Shown here: positions 1 to 15,206 of the stretch, in pieces
How the letters are laid out: each line of letters begins with the position of its first letter
Numbering within the stretch: the stretch's first letter is position 1
Source of the DNA: Octopus vulgaris
Lineage: Eukaryota
Assembly (NCBI GenBank): GCA_951406725.2
Contig: OX597815.1
Coordinates: 496,001-560,000, forward strand
DNA: 64,000 nt
Direction: 5' to 3'
Translations under genes and position numbers: made by a program
Notes under the pieces: model-generated
Database searches by the model: none
What the model saw: only the letters and a program-made list of their open reading frames with translations
What the model was told of the DNA's origin: nothing

Positions 1-1159
1 TTTTCTAAAGTTTTCGTTGCGTTTTGCAACCTTTTCAATAGTTTTGATTCCGTTATTCACACTGCATTGCTTTTTTGTTTGTTTGTGCGCATGTGTGTGT
101 GACTATGTATGCATGTGTGTGTATGCATGTGTATGTGTGCATATGTATATATGTGTACATTTTTATGTATGTTCTACATATTCATGTGCTTGTGTGTCTG
201 TGTATGTTTTTATGTATGTGTGCGTGTGTGTGTGTGTTTTGCAACTATGCACCGTGTTTGTATGAATGGACGTGTGTCTCCACATGTGTGGACGTGTGTC
301 TCCATTTGTGCCCTTGCGTGAAGAGAATTACAACAAAATAAATAGTAAAAAAAATTTGTTTTTAAATAAAATGAAATAAATTTAATGAATAAATTTTTGT
401 AATAATAAAAATAATTAGATTAAAATAAATGGTAGGAATAAACAGAAAAAGAAAAAAGAAATACACTAAAAAAAATCAGACAACTCGACTCAAAGGAGAA
501 ATTAAAACCTAAGAAAATAATTATAATTTTTGACTTTTCGTGTTTGTTTTTGAAAACCCTTTTCACTGCCGGTTTTTCTTTCCATGTAAAACTGGCCTCA
601 AAATGAGAAAATAATTCTAAAAGGGTCTACTTATGGATGACCCGCAAAGTAGGAGCCCATATTTTAGACTGGCTGCTGTAAGGTGGTTAACTAATTTTAA
701 CATCTCATGATCTGCACTGCTAAATATACAACTGATTTTTTTAAAAAATAGGCCTTTTCGACTCTAGCTCCTGGCTTAAGTAATAAAGTACGTTTATTTT
801 AATCTAATTTAATTTAAAGTCATAAAATAATGCTGAAAGCATTTCTAATGCTTTCAGTGCCACCTTACAAACAACAAGTTAATTGTGCTAACATTTATAA
901 TTTAGTGTCGTCAAAATTATTTGTGTTCAGCAGTATTTTTAAGCTACCAAATGCAGCTGACTTAGAATTGATGGATCATAAAAATAAAAAAAGACGTGTA
1001 ACGATGTAATTTAATTACTACAATGTCGCTTCCTGAAATATAAACAAAAACTTAGGTTTATTTTATTTTAGTTTTTTTTTGCCAAGAGGCGTGCGTGCCA
1101 TTGTGAATTGGTCCGCGTGTCACACATGGCACGCGTGCAATAGGTTGCCGACGCCTGGT

Positions 1160-1430
1160 GTAGACTAATTCCGGTTTAGTGTCGAATTTAGAATTCTTAT
1201 AAAGTATTATTTGATCATTTGTTTTTCTTTTATTTTGAATAAAGGAAATATTCTGAAATTTCCTTTTGCACAAATGTCCAGAGATTTACTAAAAGCATCA
1301 TTTTCTAAGAGGAGGAAACTTGAATTTGCCGTTGGTGCACTCTCACCTGCCGGGTTAGTTTCGATCCTGTTTTTCCGATGTAATTCTCATTGCAGGGTAG
1401 AAATGCGATGCGAGAGATGAGTTCTTTTGT
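1160..1430 (-). pseudogene. Penelope-like element GIY-YIG endonuclease remnant
   Basis: Manual minus-strand translation gives ...FLPCNENYIGKTGSKLTRQVRVHQRQIQ...SLDICAKGNFRIFPLFK...KPEL, matching the C-x-x-x-YIGxT...R-x-x-H pattern of PLE GIY-YIG domains; broken by a stop and frameshifts. Confidence 0.65.
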
Positions 1431-1499
1431 TTGTTTTGTTCATTTGCAATCCATGTTTGCATTCACCTTCAATTCCCTCTCATCCTTGAATCTTTTGAA

Positions 1500-1532
<33 letters not shown>

Positions 1533-2374
1533 GTGTGTATTGCACGTAATCAATGCCCTCTTCTTGGAATTGGTTTTTAAGGTGGAACTCTTTTAGTCGG
1601 TTATTTTTGTTTCGTTTTGTGTTGTTTTTTTTAAAGAACAGGTGTTAAACAGTAGTTTTGTCTTATTACAAGTGGATCATAATCCGGATTAACTGAGCGA
1701 CGTGAGATCTGGGACGGGACACGGAGAATACTTGCCTTCTTCTTTCAAGACGTTCATAAATGAAACACATCTTCAACGAAGATAATCAATATGAAAGAAG
1801 AAGATTTACTGATTGATAAAAAAAAAAGAAGGAAAGTAAAACAAGATTTCGGGAAGTGCCAAATCTTAAACTTAGGATCAAGTTACCACCGAGGGCCAAA
1901 CTGAAGACAGTAAAATACCGATAGAATAAAGAACCTGATGCACCATAAAATATAAGATATTGATTTCATTTGATCGGCAATAAGATCGATATCTGATATG
2001 TCAGGAAAGGAATAGTCTAAATGGATTCGATATATTTGCGATAGAGAACATCATCGGGGGATAAAATGAGGAGCAGGGCTCGGCAGAGTGGTCTATATTT
2101 CCCCCCTGGGGTGGGAGTCTATGTGGCTAGTCAAGGGCTCAATAAACAGCTGAAACGATTTGAACTTCAACGGTGAAACATTAGCAAATTCAACCAAAAT
2201 GCTCCAAATACAAATTCCACATCAAATACTCCGACTTTATCAATAAATACAGAATTTTTATTCTTTATCAATTTCGTGAAATATTTTCACTAAATTTCTT
2301 TAGGTAATTCCTATTAACAAGCAGTAATGGCACCAGAAAAAAAAAAATAAAAAAACGAAAGAATTATTGTTTGT

Positions 2375-2760
2375 GGGTGTGAGGCAAGAAGCTTGCTTCC
2401 CCACCACATGGTTCCGGGTTCAGTCCCACTCCGTAAGACTTTGGGCAAGTGTCTTCTATTATAGCCACGGGTCGATCAAAGCCTTGTGAGTGGATTTAGT
2501 AGACGAAAACTGAAAGAAGCTTGTCATGCGTGTGTGTGTGTGTTCCCTCCCCCCAACACCGGCCACCATTTGACAATCAGTGTTCATGTGTTTATATCCC
2601 CGTAACTTAGTGGTTCAGCAAGAGACCAATAGAACAAATAACAAACTTAAAAGAGTAAACATAAGTACTGGAGTCGATTCGTTCGACTAAAATTCTTCAA
2701 GGCAGTGCCCCAGCATGGCCGCAGTTTAATGACTGACACAAGTAAAAGGATAAAAGATTA
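2375..2760 (+). mobile_element. tRNA-derived SINE (octopus-type family)
   Basis: tRNA-like head with B-box GGTTCAGTCCC, body AAAGCCTTGTGAGTGGATTT...GAAACTGAAAGAAGC, internal (TG)n, 3' end GACTGA(C/A)ACAAGTAAAAG; the same family recurs many times in the window. Confidence 0.8.
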
Positions 2761-2850
2761 GAAATTTAGATGATGGGAGTCGATAAATTATCAATAATTC
2801 CATGAAAAGGGTCAATGATGTATAAAGTCTATGGATTCCTTGGTCTACAC

Positions 2851-3355
2851 CAGGGGTCGCAAAAGGAGGTCCGAGAGAACCCCTAGGGGTCGGCGAGGAA
2901 TTACAGGGGATCGATGATAGCCAAGGGTTCGAATGAGGGTTGGCGTGCGAAAGACCAGCTCACCCAGATGCACTACTTAAAATACTTAGTCAGCGCCATG
3001 CCCATCCCTCCCATTTATATTGTCAACTTCAATAAAAGACATTCCAGCAATAAGATGCTTTTTCCACATTTTTTTAACTGTGAAAACAATTTCATAAAAA
3101 TTGGAAGTTTAATACGGTATACTCGGACACGTAGTTTTGAATGTAAAAAGGGTGTCATCTTCAATAGATTTTCTTAATTTGTCGTAACGTGTATGTTTTG
3201 GCCAACGTTTTAATTGCCAGCATCAGTACCCGGTACGCATTTAAGACATGGTACGATAGGGTAGGGTATTAAGATATTTTAAATGAGGAGGGTGCTCGAT
3301 GCGGAAGAGAAGTGGCTAAAGGGGGTCGATGGTCGAAAGGGTTTGGCGACCCCCG
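2851..3355. mobile_element. Non-autonomous hAT-type MITE
   Basis: TIRs CAGGGGTCGC / GCGACCCCCG; 8-bp TSD GTCTACAC (2843-2850) and GTCTACAT (3356-3363). Confidence 0.8.
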
Positions 3356-4560
3356 GTCTACATAGACAGTAAAAACACCGAATTAGCTGAAGACCCCTGA
3401 CGTTTCTGTTCTAACACCTCCTAATTTCCAGGATGAAATAACAAAAAAATAATAATAATTTTCTGCCTGCATCGATTTCAGTGCAAAGTGTACAAAATGT
3501 TTCTTTCTTTTCTCACTTCAAGAAAAATAGCAACAGGCTTCAAGCTGGAATTGCTTGAATGCACAACCAAACTGCATTCAATTTGCATTTTACAGTGCAC
3601 CAAGGAGGAGGGTGCAATCAGGAACGACTGTGACGGGGTGGGCACTAAACTGCAACAAAATCAATACCACCACCTTCAACATCAACACCACTACCACTTA
3701 ATACCATCACCAATAACAAGAGTACCATCCCCACCGTCGATACCACCACCATCTGTAGCAACAACAACAACAACAACATACCATTTACCAGCCTCAGTCA
3801 TTAACTTTAATGATCTCTGTTGATATAAATTCATTGTTTTGCTGGAGCTGCAGATCGAACGTTGGGTATTGTTGTTGTTTAAGCTGAGGTCGATCCGGGT
3901 CCAGCAGACATTGGACCAAATTAAGGAGAGTTTGATTCGAGGGAAATCTGCCTACTCTTTCTCACATGTAAAATGACAGTTCAGAAGGTGGTTGAGCTGT
4001 GTCAAGGTGGTTTTATCCAGTGTTCATCTTTCTCTAAAGAAAGCGAAATACTTCAGCTGGGATTGAACCTAACTCACAGGCTTGGCTGTCCGTGGGGTTT
4101 ACCGTTACAGTTGTCGTCATTTGAACCTGGTAGTCTTAGGATTGAAGCTATTCAAACCGTCGCCATCCCGTCCTTATCTTGGCACAATCCACCTAGAATT
4201 CTATTATTTGATATCGAAAACAGTGGGGTTTGATTTTAAAAAGTTTTGGCAGTTATTTCTAGTAGATTGAACGACCAGATAGAAGCTCTTTCCTTGTTGT
4301 TATTTAGCCCCAGGTCAAACTCAATCCAGGAGATCAATGATCAAAGAATTCCATCTATGATCCTCCTGTTAAGAGAGGGTCATGGTTGGATAGGGGTGTA
4401 ATCTGAGATTTAGCTGCTATTTCGAGTAGATGAGGCAACCTGTTGGATCACAGTTATAACTGCAACCTGGACACAACCCCATATCTCCCCCTCCTCCTCC
4501 TTTATTCTTTACTCTTGTCATAAATCCTCCTCTCTGTCGCTAATCCCAATTTATTTAAAC

Positions 4561-4595
4561 TCTCTGATGAACGGTCTTATTACGAAACGTCACAT
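4561..4595 (+). ncRNA. Decayed minimal hammerhead-like motif (PLE-type)
   Basis: CTGATGA at 4564-4570 then ...CGAAACGTC; stems I and II are poorly paired. Confidence 0.35.
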
Positions 4596-5425
4596 TTTGA
4601 TTCTGTCTCAAAATTTATTCCATTGTTAAAACTATTTCTACTAATAATTACTACAGACAACTATCACCACCACCACCACTTCACGCACATTCATCAGTGT
4701 TTCGTTATCATCAGCTTGATGAGAGATGACATGATAAACGAGGAAGACAAAAAAGAAATGAAAGAGATGGCGCGATAAATGTCGACTTGGCAGACGGTAA
4801 ATGAATCAGGCGGATAGATTGGCAGACGATAATGGCGGCTGGTAGTTTGGAGAGTTTAGATAGTCTTTGTTGTTGTTTAATAGAACAATGATAGTTGTAG
4901 AGGGACGGAGAATGGTAGTGATGGTGTGGCAATAAAATGGGATATAGAAAACCAAATAGTAAGAGATGCTCGCCGTAGCCACACTAAAGTAGCATAATGG
5001 TAAGTCATAACACTAGCAAGACATAAGCCACAGAGAGGGAGAACATTGGGGACAGTTAGCACAGGTCGTGGAACTAACTCGTTATCCCAAGGAGGTGTAG
5101 AGTTAGCTACTGAGCCCAGCAGCTTACATTTGATTGAGAAATAAAAATTAAAAAAAAAGGATATGCTGTTTTTTTTTAAATCATCGACCTTAAAAACGTG
5201 TGTGAAGAGACTTGAAGATTCTTCCCCGAAGAACCAACAGAACATATTCTAAAATAGAAACAATACAGAGAAGATTAGCAGGGTCTCTGCGCAAAGATGG
5301 GACGCGAATTCGTGAAACATTCCATATTTTTAGTTGGCACGTGCGTGACTGCATGGTAAGATAATTTGCATTCCAATCACGAGGTTCCAGGTTCACTGCA
5401 CAGCACCTTCCGTTAGTTTTTTTTC

Positions 5426-5631
<206 letters not shown>

Positions 5632-5784
5632 TACTCTTCGAACCCCCCTCTTCAATACGCTATTTCACCATGCATTACCCCTCTCTTGATATCCTACGTT
5701 CTACTTGCCTAGAACCTGTCATCATTTCTCTGAACCACCCCTCCCCACTGGTGCTCCCCTATATTTCTGCACCCCACCCCAAAT

Positions 5785-6025
5785 AAAAAGCACCATCCGA
5801 ACGTGGCCGATGCCAGACCCCTCTGGCACCTGTGCAGGTGGCACGTAAAAAACACCCACTACACTCGCAGAGTGGTTGGCGTTAGGAAGGGCATCCAGCT
5901 GTAGAAACTCTGCCAGACTAGACTGGAGCCTGGGGCAGTCCCTAGCTCCCCAGACCCCGGTCGAAACCGTCCAACCCGTGCTAGCGCGGAAAACGGACGT
6001 TAAACGATGATGATGATGATGATGA

Positions 6026-6030
<5 letters not shown>
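5785..6030 (+). mobile_element. RTE LINE 3'-UTR fragment (or RTE-tailed SINE) with (GAT)n tail
   Basis: Same sequence as the 3' UTR of the RTE copy at 58425-58966 (CACCCACTACACTC...GAAGGGCATCCAGCTGTAGAAAC...GTTAAACGATGATG). Confidence 0.85.
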
Positions 6031-6097
<67 letters not shown>

Positions 6098-6214
6098 TCT
6101 GTATGTGTGTGTGTATGTATCACGGTATCGATCAGACCATCAGATTCTGTTATACACCGCTGTTCACAATGCGCTTCCAATTCAGTCTTGATTGCGCCAT
6201 TCATATGCGTGTGT

Positions 6215-6420
6215 GTGTGTGTGTGTGTTTGTTTCTGTCCCCCACCACCGCTTGACAACCGTGTTGGTGTGTTTAGGTCTCCATACTTAGCGGTTCGACA
6301 AAATTGACCGATATAGTAAGGACCAGGCTTTAAAAAGAACAACCATTGTGGTCGATTCATTCGGCTAAAAAATTTTCGAGTTGGTGCTCCAGTATGACTG
6401 AAACAAGTAAAAAAAAAAAA
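6215..6420 (+). mobile_element. 3' half of tRNA-derived SINE
   Basis: CACCGCTTGACAACCG...CTTAGCGGTTCG...GACTGAAACAAGTAAAA, homologous to 2560-2760. Confidence 0.75.
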
Positions 6421-6829
6421 ACAGCCGAAATGAAAGCAAAAACAACACACAAAGCTAGGGCTTCCGGCCTTTCATGGGGCCGTGATGACCATTGATAATA
6501 ATAATAATAATATAAACAAGACAAATCCAGCCAACGGCAGGATTCAAACAGAAAGAAGTTCACGATTTACATCAACGAACAGGTTTATGAACGAACGATG
6601 ACAAGATGCAATCGATAAGTTGCCTGCTTGATGTTATCTGTGATCAATCCAGTTGCTAAAGAATATTCTAACACGTTGACTGTTTCCCCTGTTGCTGTGT
6701 GTCAGTCACTATTCGCCAACAGATGGCAGTAGTAGCAATCGATTGAAATGAAACATACAACCAAAGTCAACCACGCCCCTCCCCCACCAAAAAAGAATAA
6801 AAAATGACGACGACAGACTCAAGAGAAAT

Positions 6830-7700
6830 ATCAGACAATTGAAGAAAACATTTCAGTTGAAGCAGAAGCAACGACTTAATGGTGGATTATCTAAGGTCTA
6901 TGGGAACTGGCCAACCAGACCTTCTTAGGAATAAGATAATTGTCTTTAGAAAAAAGAACTGTGACTGGTAAATGAAAAGTTTTGTCAGTTTATAAAATCA
7001 TTGGACCATCAATCTCAAGTTTACACGAAACACCCAAGCAGTATATCGCAGCATGAAAGGCCGAACCATCAAAGCTGGAAAGACCCTGTTCTTGGATGGT
7101 CTCGAATTACTTGCAGTGGGGATCTGGACTGTAAACAACACAACACAAAGGCGATGCAATGTCGTTAAATGAGTGACAGAGTAAACACTGTGTGAACGTG
7201 TGTCCCAAAATGTCATAAGTGAAACTCTGATGATTGTTGCAAAACTTCCGAAAGGAAGATCACTCAAGCGAATCCTAATAATTGGTGATTCTAGAAGGGA
7301 ACCCATCTTCAACCTTTTGAAAAGAACAATGAACGCTGCTTGACAGTTTGCACGGACAAAATTACTGCCTAAGAATTAAGTGGCAAAAGTGAAAGCAAAA
7401 GCTCTATGTTTCTCATGTTTGATAGACACGTATTAAAAAGTGCACAGCTTGTTTGAATGTATTAGTCTAGGATTGTTGTGAAACAAAGAAGGAGATGATT
7501 GATGAGAAAAGGAAGAAGGTTGGGCCTCTGTCCAACAACGCCACATTAACAAAACTCTCCTTAAAGAAGTGGAACGACACCACCACAGACTGTACAGCCA
7601 GGCTATGAGATGCTGAACTCTGTCCCTCATACTACTATAGACACTATGTAGACCCATCTATGAAAGACAACGTTAAGAGATTGACAACAGCATTACACGA
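6830..7700 (+). pseudogene. Highly decayed non-LTR retrotransposon RT, R4/Dong-like
   Basis: Fragments INLKFTRNTQAVYRSMKG...GIW, GWASVQQRHINKTLLKEV and NSVPH resemble RT motifs of R4/Dong elements (GCxDQLLINK, AFDSVPH); many stops and frameshifts. Confidence 0.5.
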
Positions 7701-8379
7701 CTAACGATAAAAATTACTCACTTCTGTATCTCTGATGACAGACTTTGTACCCGACTGACTGTGATATTGTCACACACAATAAAAACGGTTTTACAAATAC
7801 TCGTGAGCAAAATTTCATTGACCTGTCACATATTTTTGTGACATATTTTTCTGATCTGGAAATCTTAGCTTGGGCCCTAAAACAACGGTGCATAGTAGGG
7901 AAACAATATTTTCCTTCAGGCATTACGAAATCACAAATAGTATCCAGAAGCCGTGGTTATCTTTTGGAAAATTACAATCTTCTCTTTGGACACTAGAAAA
8001 TGTTTATCTTGAAACCATACAATTGGCCTATGTTGTTATTGTATGTTTGTTGTTGTATAACCGTGTGAATCATGGACTTTATATTCAAGACATATCAATC
8101 AGATGGAAGGTTTTTCGTGAAAGTGTTTTCGATAAAGTTTAACATATCTTGGAAAGACATTGTAACTGATAATGTTGAAGTCTTGAAAACAGAAAATATT
8201 CTAAGTGTAAGCTGAATTGTGGCATAACAGACTGAAGGGGGAAAAGACTAAGTGAATTCGCGTGGAAAGCAGAAAGCGGAAGTTTCTTCTGAGCAGAAAA
8301 CAATAATCTGAGAAAATACATCCTTCCAAAACAAGACAATGGTTTCAAGTTAGATGTGAACTTAGGAAATATACACGTA

Positions 8380-9650
8380 CGAGGGGCGTTCAATAAGTAA
8401 AGCCCCTGACCCACTTCCCATAGCAGTAGAGCAACGAAACTTGGCACAGGTATTAGTCTTTTTCTACATAGGAACAACCCAGAGGTACGCATTTCTCCCA
8501 TCGTTTGATGCAGTTCTGGAGACCGTTTTCGTAGAAGACCCCAGCTTGGTCCTCCAACCACGACGTGACTTCAGAAATCAAGGCTGCATCATCTGGGAAA
8601 CGCTTTCCTTTCAAAAACAACTTCATGGCTGGGAAGAGGTGAAAATCAGAGGGTGCAAGGGGAAGAGTTCATAGCCGCACGCCTATGCTTCTGATCTGGC
8701 GACACGCGAGTTGTGGACCGGAGCGTTGTCCTGCAAGAGGAGGATGCCTTTGCTGATCTTGCCCCGCCTCTTGGTTTCGATAGCTTCTCTTAATTTCCTC
8801 AAAAGTGAAACATGATAGGCTCCTGTAATTGTGGTACCCTTTGCCAGGAAATCTGTCATCACTACTCCGTCCTGGTCCCAGAAGACTGTGAGCATGACCT
8901 TGCTAGCGGAGGGCTGCACCCTTGCCTTCTTTGGAGGAGGTGAGTCATGGTGCTTCCACTGCATTGACTGGGCTTTGGTCTCTGGATCATAGTGATGGAC
9001 CCAGGTCTTATCCTGTGTAATCAGTCTTTTGAAAAATTTTGACTCATCTTCTTGGCACATCCCTAAATTCTTGCTTCTGGAATTCTTGCGTTCTTGCTTC
9101 TGGAAAAGTGTGAGCAACCTGGAAATCTATCTGGCAGACACCTTTTGCATAAGCAAATGGTCATGAATGATAGTTTCCACAGACCCGGTACTAATCTTGA
9201 CCTCATGGGCTATTTGGTGAATAGTTATGCGTCGATCTTCCAAAATGGCAGCCTTAACTTGGCGGACAGATGCTTCATCAATGGCAGAAGGGGTGCGACC
9301 AGATCTGGGAGCTGTTTCCACAGAGTTCCGACCATGTTTGAATTCACGATGCCAGCGTTTTACAAGGTCATATGATGGGGCATCATCACCATAAGTTACT
9401 TTCATTTCATTAAAAGTCTCCTGTGGTGTGCATCATTTCAAATACAAAAACCAGATCACTGCTCGACACTCAACAGGCTCCATTTCACACTTGACTCATT
9501 TCAAACACCTGTAAATCAGAAACCACAATTAGTTCGGAGCTGTAATTTGCCACTTAATCTATAGAGATATAAGTAATTGCACATGCAAAATTTCAGCTAG
9601 ATCAAACAAAGGCAAGTGGGTCAGAGGCATTACTTATTGAACGCTCCTCG
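8380..9650 (-). mobile_element. Full-length mariner (DD34D-type) transposon, inactive
   Basis: About 37-bp TIRs CGAGGGGCGTTCAATAAGTAAAGCCCCTGACCCACTT (3 mismatches between ends), TA TSD at 8378-8379 and 9651-9652, length 1271 bp. Confidence 0.95.
8446..9483 (-). pseudogene. Mariner transposase pseudogene
   Basis: ATG at 9483 (MEPVECRAVI..); HTH region VKRWHREFKHG...RSGR; ITQDKTWVHHYDPETK, KVMLTVFWD, LLQDNAPVH, PSDFHLF; stops and frameshifts split it into ORFs 9127-9405 and 8683-9117. Confidence 0.92.
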
Positions 9651-9810
9651 TAGAACATTAAGAAAGTTTTGCTAGAGAGCACCATGGAGAAAAATATATT
9701 GAATGCGTCCAAATATTTTGAAGAGAATAGAATTAGAATATGCCAAACAAGAATATTGTTGCTATCCCCGTTCTATGTTTCTATATAAAATAGACTGTAG
9801 ATATTGTTTC

Positions 9811-9864
<54 letters not shown>

Positions 9865-9874
9865 GGTGGTCACA

Positions 9875-10020
9875 ATGCATTGTTTATTCTCTCTGTTTAT
9901 TTCCTCACGTTCCTTTCTGTTGAAGAGCGTAGGCTCGAAACGTGAAAAACTTTCTCACCTTCCCGAGCGTTAAACTAATACACCTGTCTTCGTCATTTGT
10001 TTTTCTGTAAATTTCAACTA
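9875..10020 (+). mobile_element. PLE pseudo-LTR-like repeat with hammerhead-like motif
   Basis: TTT-CTGTTGA-A-GAGC(GTAG)GCTC-GAAA-CGTG-AAAA at 9914-9948; same family on the minus strand at 32160-32330 and 41975-42160; each copy abuts an AT/TA-rich run. Confidence 0.6.
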
Positions 10021-10302
10021 TATATATATATATATATATATATAATTTCAACTATATATATATAATTTCAACTATATATAGGCATTTATGAAGGAGCGAG
10101 CAAATGTCTTGGCTATCCTATCACGACCCACACGGTTATCAAGGATATAACAGCTAAAGGGCTGCACCAGTAATAGGCTGCAACTTGTTTTTATGCTCAA
10201 GGGCATAATATGCCTCTCGGTTCAAGAACTGACCCAACGACCATATGTCTAACAACCCAACTGTTGTCTCTTCCCGCTGTGAGTGTGCGTGCACGAGTAT
10301 AT

Positions 10303-10343
<41 letters not shown>

Positions 10344-10433
10344 AACACACACGCACGCACGCAACACACATATCCTGTTTGTTCCTAACCTATGTAAGTA
10401 AAATTCAAAACACGAGTGCGTGTGTGCATCCAC

Positions 10434-10472
<39 letters not shown>

Positions 10473-10550
10473 TTAAATTTGGTAGCACTGAAAAAAATCT
10501 GAACATACCTATCTGATTCCAGTAACATCAGACAAATTATCTCCATGACC

Positions 10551-10597
<47 letters not shown>

Positions 10598-12182
10598 TAC
10601 ACTCATACGTGTGTATACGGGGTGCGAGAGGAGGTGGAGGGAGAAAGCGAATAGCAGAAAAGAAATCCGTTAATGATGCCTCTGGAAAACAAAGGAATTG
10701 TCGTTACCACCACCGACTACAATACCATTAACATTATTGTTGCTGTTGTTGTTGCTGTAATGCTAGTATCATAGTGAAGCTCCATCTTGAGCTGTTTTCA
10801 CGGTCCAACCCACCGAAGAGGAGGCGTGACCAGGAAGATCTGATCAAAACATTACATGGACAAACGTGTGGTTTACAGTAGTTTTAATGGCTTTGTTGGA
10901 AGGGGAGGGGCATGGAGAGAGTGGAAGGGAGGAGGGATGGCAGGATGGGGGTGGAAGAGGAGGTGATAAGCCGATACTCCAGCAGCAGCAGTTGTTGTTG
11001 TTGTTGTTATAGTTCTTACATATCCTCTCAGAATAAGATTTATTAACACTGGTGCTGTTGTTGTTGTTGTTTTTCTTTCTTTCTTGTTGCTGTTGCTGCT
11101 GCTGCTATTTTTTTTTAGTCACTGTTGTTGTTATTTAACCCCAGGCCAGCTCAGATTGAGTAGACTTGAAATCCAAAATCTGATGGAATCTGTTTCAAAT
11201 CATTGTTGCAGATTAGGTATTGAAAGGAACACAGAAACATGGGGGAAAGTTCCAGGGAAAAGGATTTGGGAAAAGAAGGACTGGGTGAATGGCTGTCTAA
11301 GGTGGCCCATACTGGGACACCGTGTAAGGAATGTGTCAAAGTAGGTGAAAAAGAGGTAGGTATACAGTTATAAGTCAGAGGTAAGGGGTGGGAACACTGA
11401 CATCGTACTGAGTGTAGATAGAACCACAGTTTGTGGTGGTAGAAGAAAAATTCTTATGAGAGAGGTTTATATTAGCGGCTGAAAAGAGGATGGGCAATAG
11501 CCCCGACTCTTTCCAGGTACCTTGAGACAGAGAAGATGAAGAGAAGAAACTAACCCTAAACTGGCGGCCTAACCTGAATGTCTGTAAAATAGCGTGATTG
11601 ATTGTGTCTACAAAGGTAGAACAGGATCGAACTCGTTGACATTCTTCGACACAATCTTTCCGGTCCATCAGATTTCTTTCATAAAAAGTCTGTCGACCAA
11701 AGACGCCACGCATTAGGATCGAACCTGGAGCTATGGAATTGTAAGATGAATCTCTTAATAACTCCAGCACAACTACAGCATTGTAGGATAGGGGCCGGTC
11801 TGCTCTATAAATGTCTTTCTACAGTTAATAATTGACATCGTTTTATAAAAGGACTGCCCAAGCAGCGAGAAACCCATCGTTGCTGACTCTGTTCGTCTTA
11901 TTTCCATTTGGAGTAAAGGGCTCGGAAGGAACGCCTCATCATGGAACGAGCATTGAATCTGCACACATACAGTTATATGCAAGGATTTACACACAATTAC
12001 ATTATATATATATATATATATCGAAATGAGGAGTAGATAGACAGCCGACAACTGATGAAGGATCCTTTCTCTGTGTTTACTTCACCTGTTTTCCATGTTT
12101 TTCTCGTTGTTTACGTATTTCATGTTGTTCGAACCATTGGTGATGTCCTGTACTCATATATGCATATATATATATATATATA

Positions 12183-13276
12183 CTAGCTGGTGTACCTGGT
12201 AATTTAATTCCCGGGGGTGGAGATGTTCTATTGAAACACCTTATTACTCTGATATAAGAAAGCAATTTCGTTATAACTGACACAAACGGTGTATTTTCCA
12301 TCACAAAAAAGTACAAAAACTGTCAGCTGGAGGAGGGAGGGATTGTTGGAGGTTGGCAAGAGGCAAATACATTCTGCTTAGCAAATGCATCTGGGAAATG
12401 TATAACTGCTGTCATGCACAGAAAAACTATTGTTTAACAGTCAGAAAAGCGCTGTTGAAGTGTTAAGTGAAATTTGGCAATCGAGGATCGAATCCACGCT
12501 ATACCTGCATGAAGCCACTACAAATATGTTGTGGAATAAAAAATTTATCTACTGTCATGGAAAAAGTGTAACTGTAAAAATGCAGAATTATCAGAGTAAT
12601 GAGCATTCAAAAAAGTATGTATGTATAAAAATGTATGAATGAAGTCTAGTGTTTAAGATTCAAATGAAGGAAGTGCAATAATAATGTTTAGCAGTTCAAA
12701 ACTGTGAGTAATGAAATGCAGAATAAGGCCGGCTGATCGTGAGAATCAAATATTGATCGCTTCGCTAAAATCTGCAGGTGGTATGGGCTATTTCCCTTGG
12801 GTTGTTTAAATAAAATATTAGTAATATGTAGTAGATAGAAGGATCCATTGGAAGGGCCCTATTATCGTTTTTTTTTTAACAATCTAAGTATGCCACGAGA
12901 TTTCCAGACATGAGTTCTACTCACGTGTCAAATAAAGTATAAAAGTGATATTGTCTGCAAAAATTAGAAATAGGACACACAAAAATCAATATTCAAAGTA
13001 ATCGAACATAAACAATGAAATGGGATATTTCCCTTGAGTGTTTAAAAAAGTATTGTACAGGTGCTATGGGTTATTTCTGTTGGGTGTTTAAAATAAATAG
13101 TTATATGAGGTAGATATAAAGGTCCCTTCCAGGGGCCGTATTATCGATTTTTTCAACAATTTAAGTATGTCACGAGGTTTCCAGACATGAGTTCTACTCA
13201 CTTGTCAAGTTTCATCAAAATCAATAAAACGTTAGCTAACAATGCCACAAACAAACACACACACCGATTTTCCACA
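12183..13276 (-). mobile_element. Non-autonomous Helitron-like element
   Basis: On the minus strand it ends in an imperfect hairpin (12195-12215) followed by CTAG|T at 12183-12186; the other end has AAGTTTCATCAAAATC...CAAACAAACACAC running into (TA)n, as in Lep1-type Helitrons; internal ~155-bp duplication. Confidence 0.65.
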
Positions 13277-13278
13277 TA

Positions 13279-13310
<32 letters not shown>

Positions 13311-13360
13311 CATCATCATCATCATCGTCATTTAACGTCCGTTCTCCATGCTAGCATGGG

Positions 13361-14728
<1,368 letters not shown>

Positions 14729-15206
14729 TGTCATCCTCGTCGTTTAACATCTGCTTTCCATGCTGGCATGGGTTGGACGGTTTGACTGAGGGCTGGCAAG
14801 CCAGAAGGCTGCACCAGGCTCCAATCTGATCTGGCAAAGTTTCTGCAGTTGGATGCCCTTCCTAACACAACCACCCCGAGAGTGCAGTGGGTGCTTTTTA
14901 CGTGCCACCAACATGTGTTCCAGTCAAGCGGCACTAACAACGATCACGCTCGAATGGTACTTTTTGCGTACCACCGGTACGGGTGCCAATCAGGTACTGT
15001 CATCAGCCACGGTTACGGTCTCACTTGGCTTGCCGGGTCTTCTCAAGCACAACATATCTCCAAAGGTCTTGGTCACTTGTCATCGCCTTGGTGAGGCCCA
15101 ACGTTCGAAGGTCGTGCTTCACCACACCATCCTAGGTCTTCCTGGATCTACCTCTTCCACAGATTCCCTCTACTGATAGGGTATGACATTTTTTCACACA
15201 GCTGTC

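Noticed and set aside
590-1160. Possible piggyBac-like end (GGTTAA near 690) and hAT-like end (GGTTGCCGACGCCTG near 1157)
   Set aside because: No matching second TIR or TSD found.
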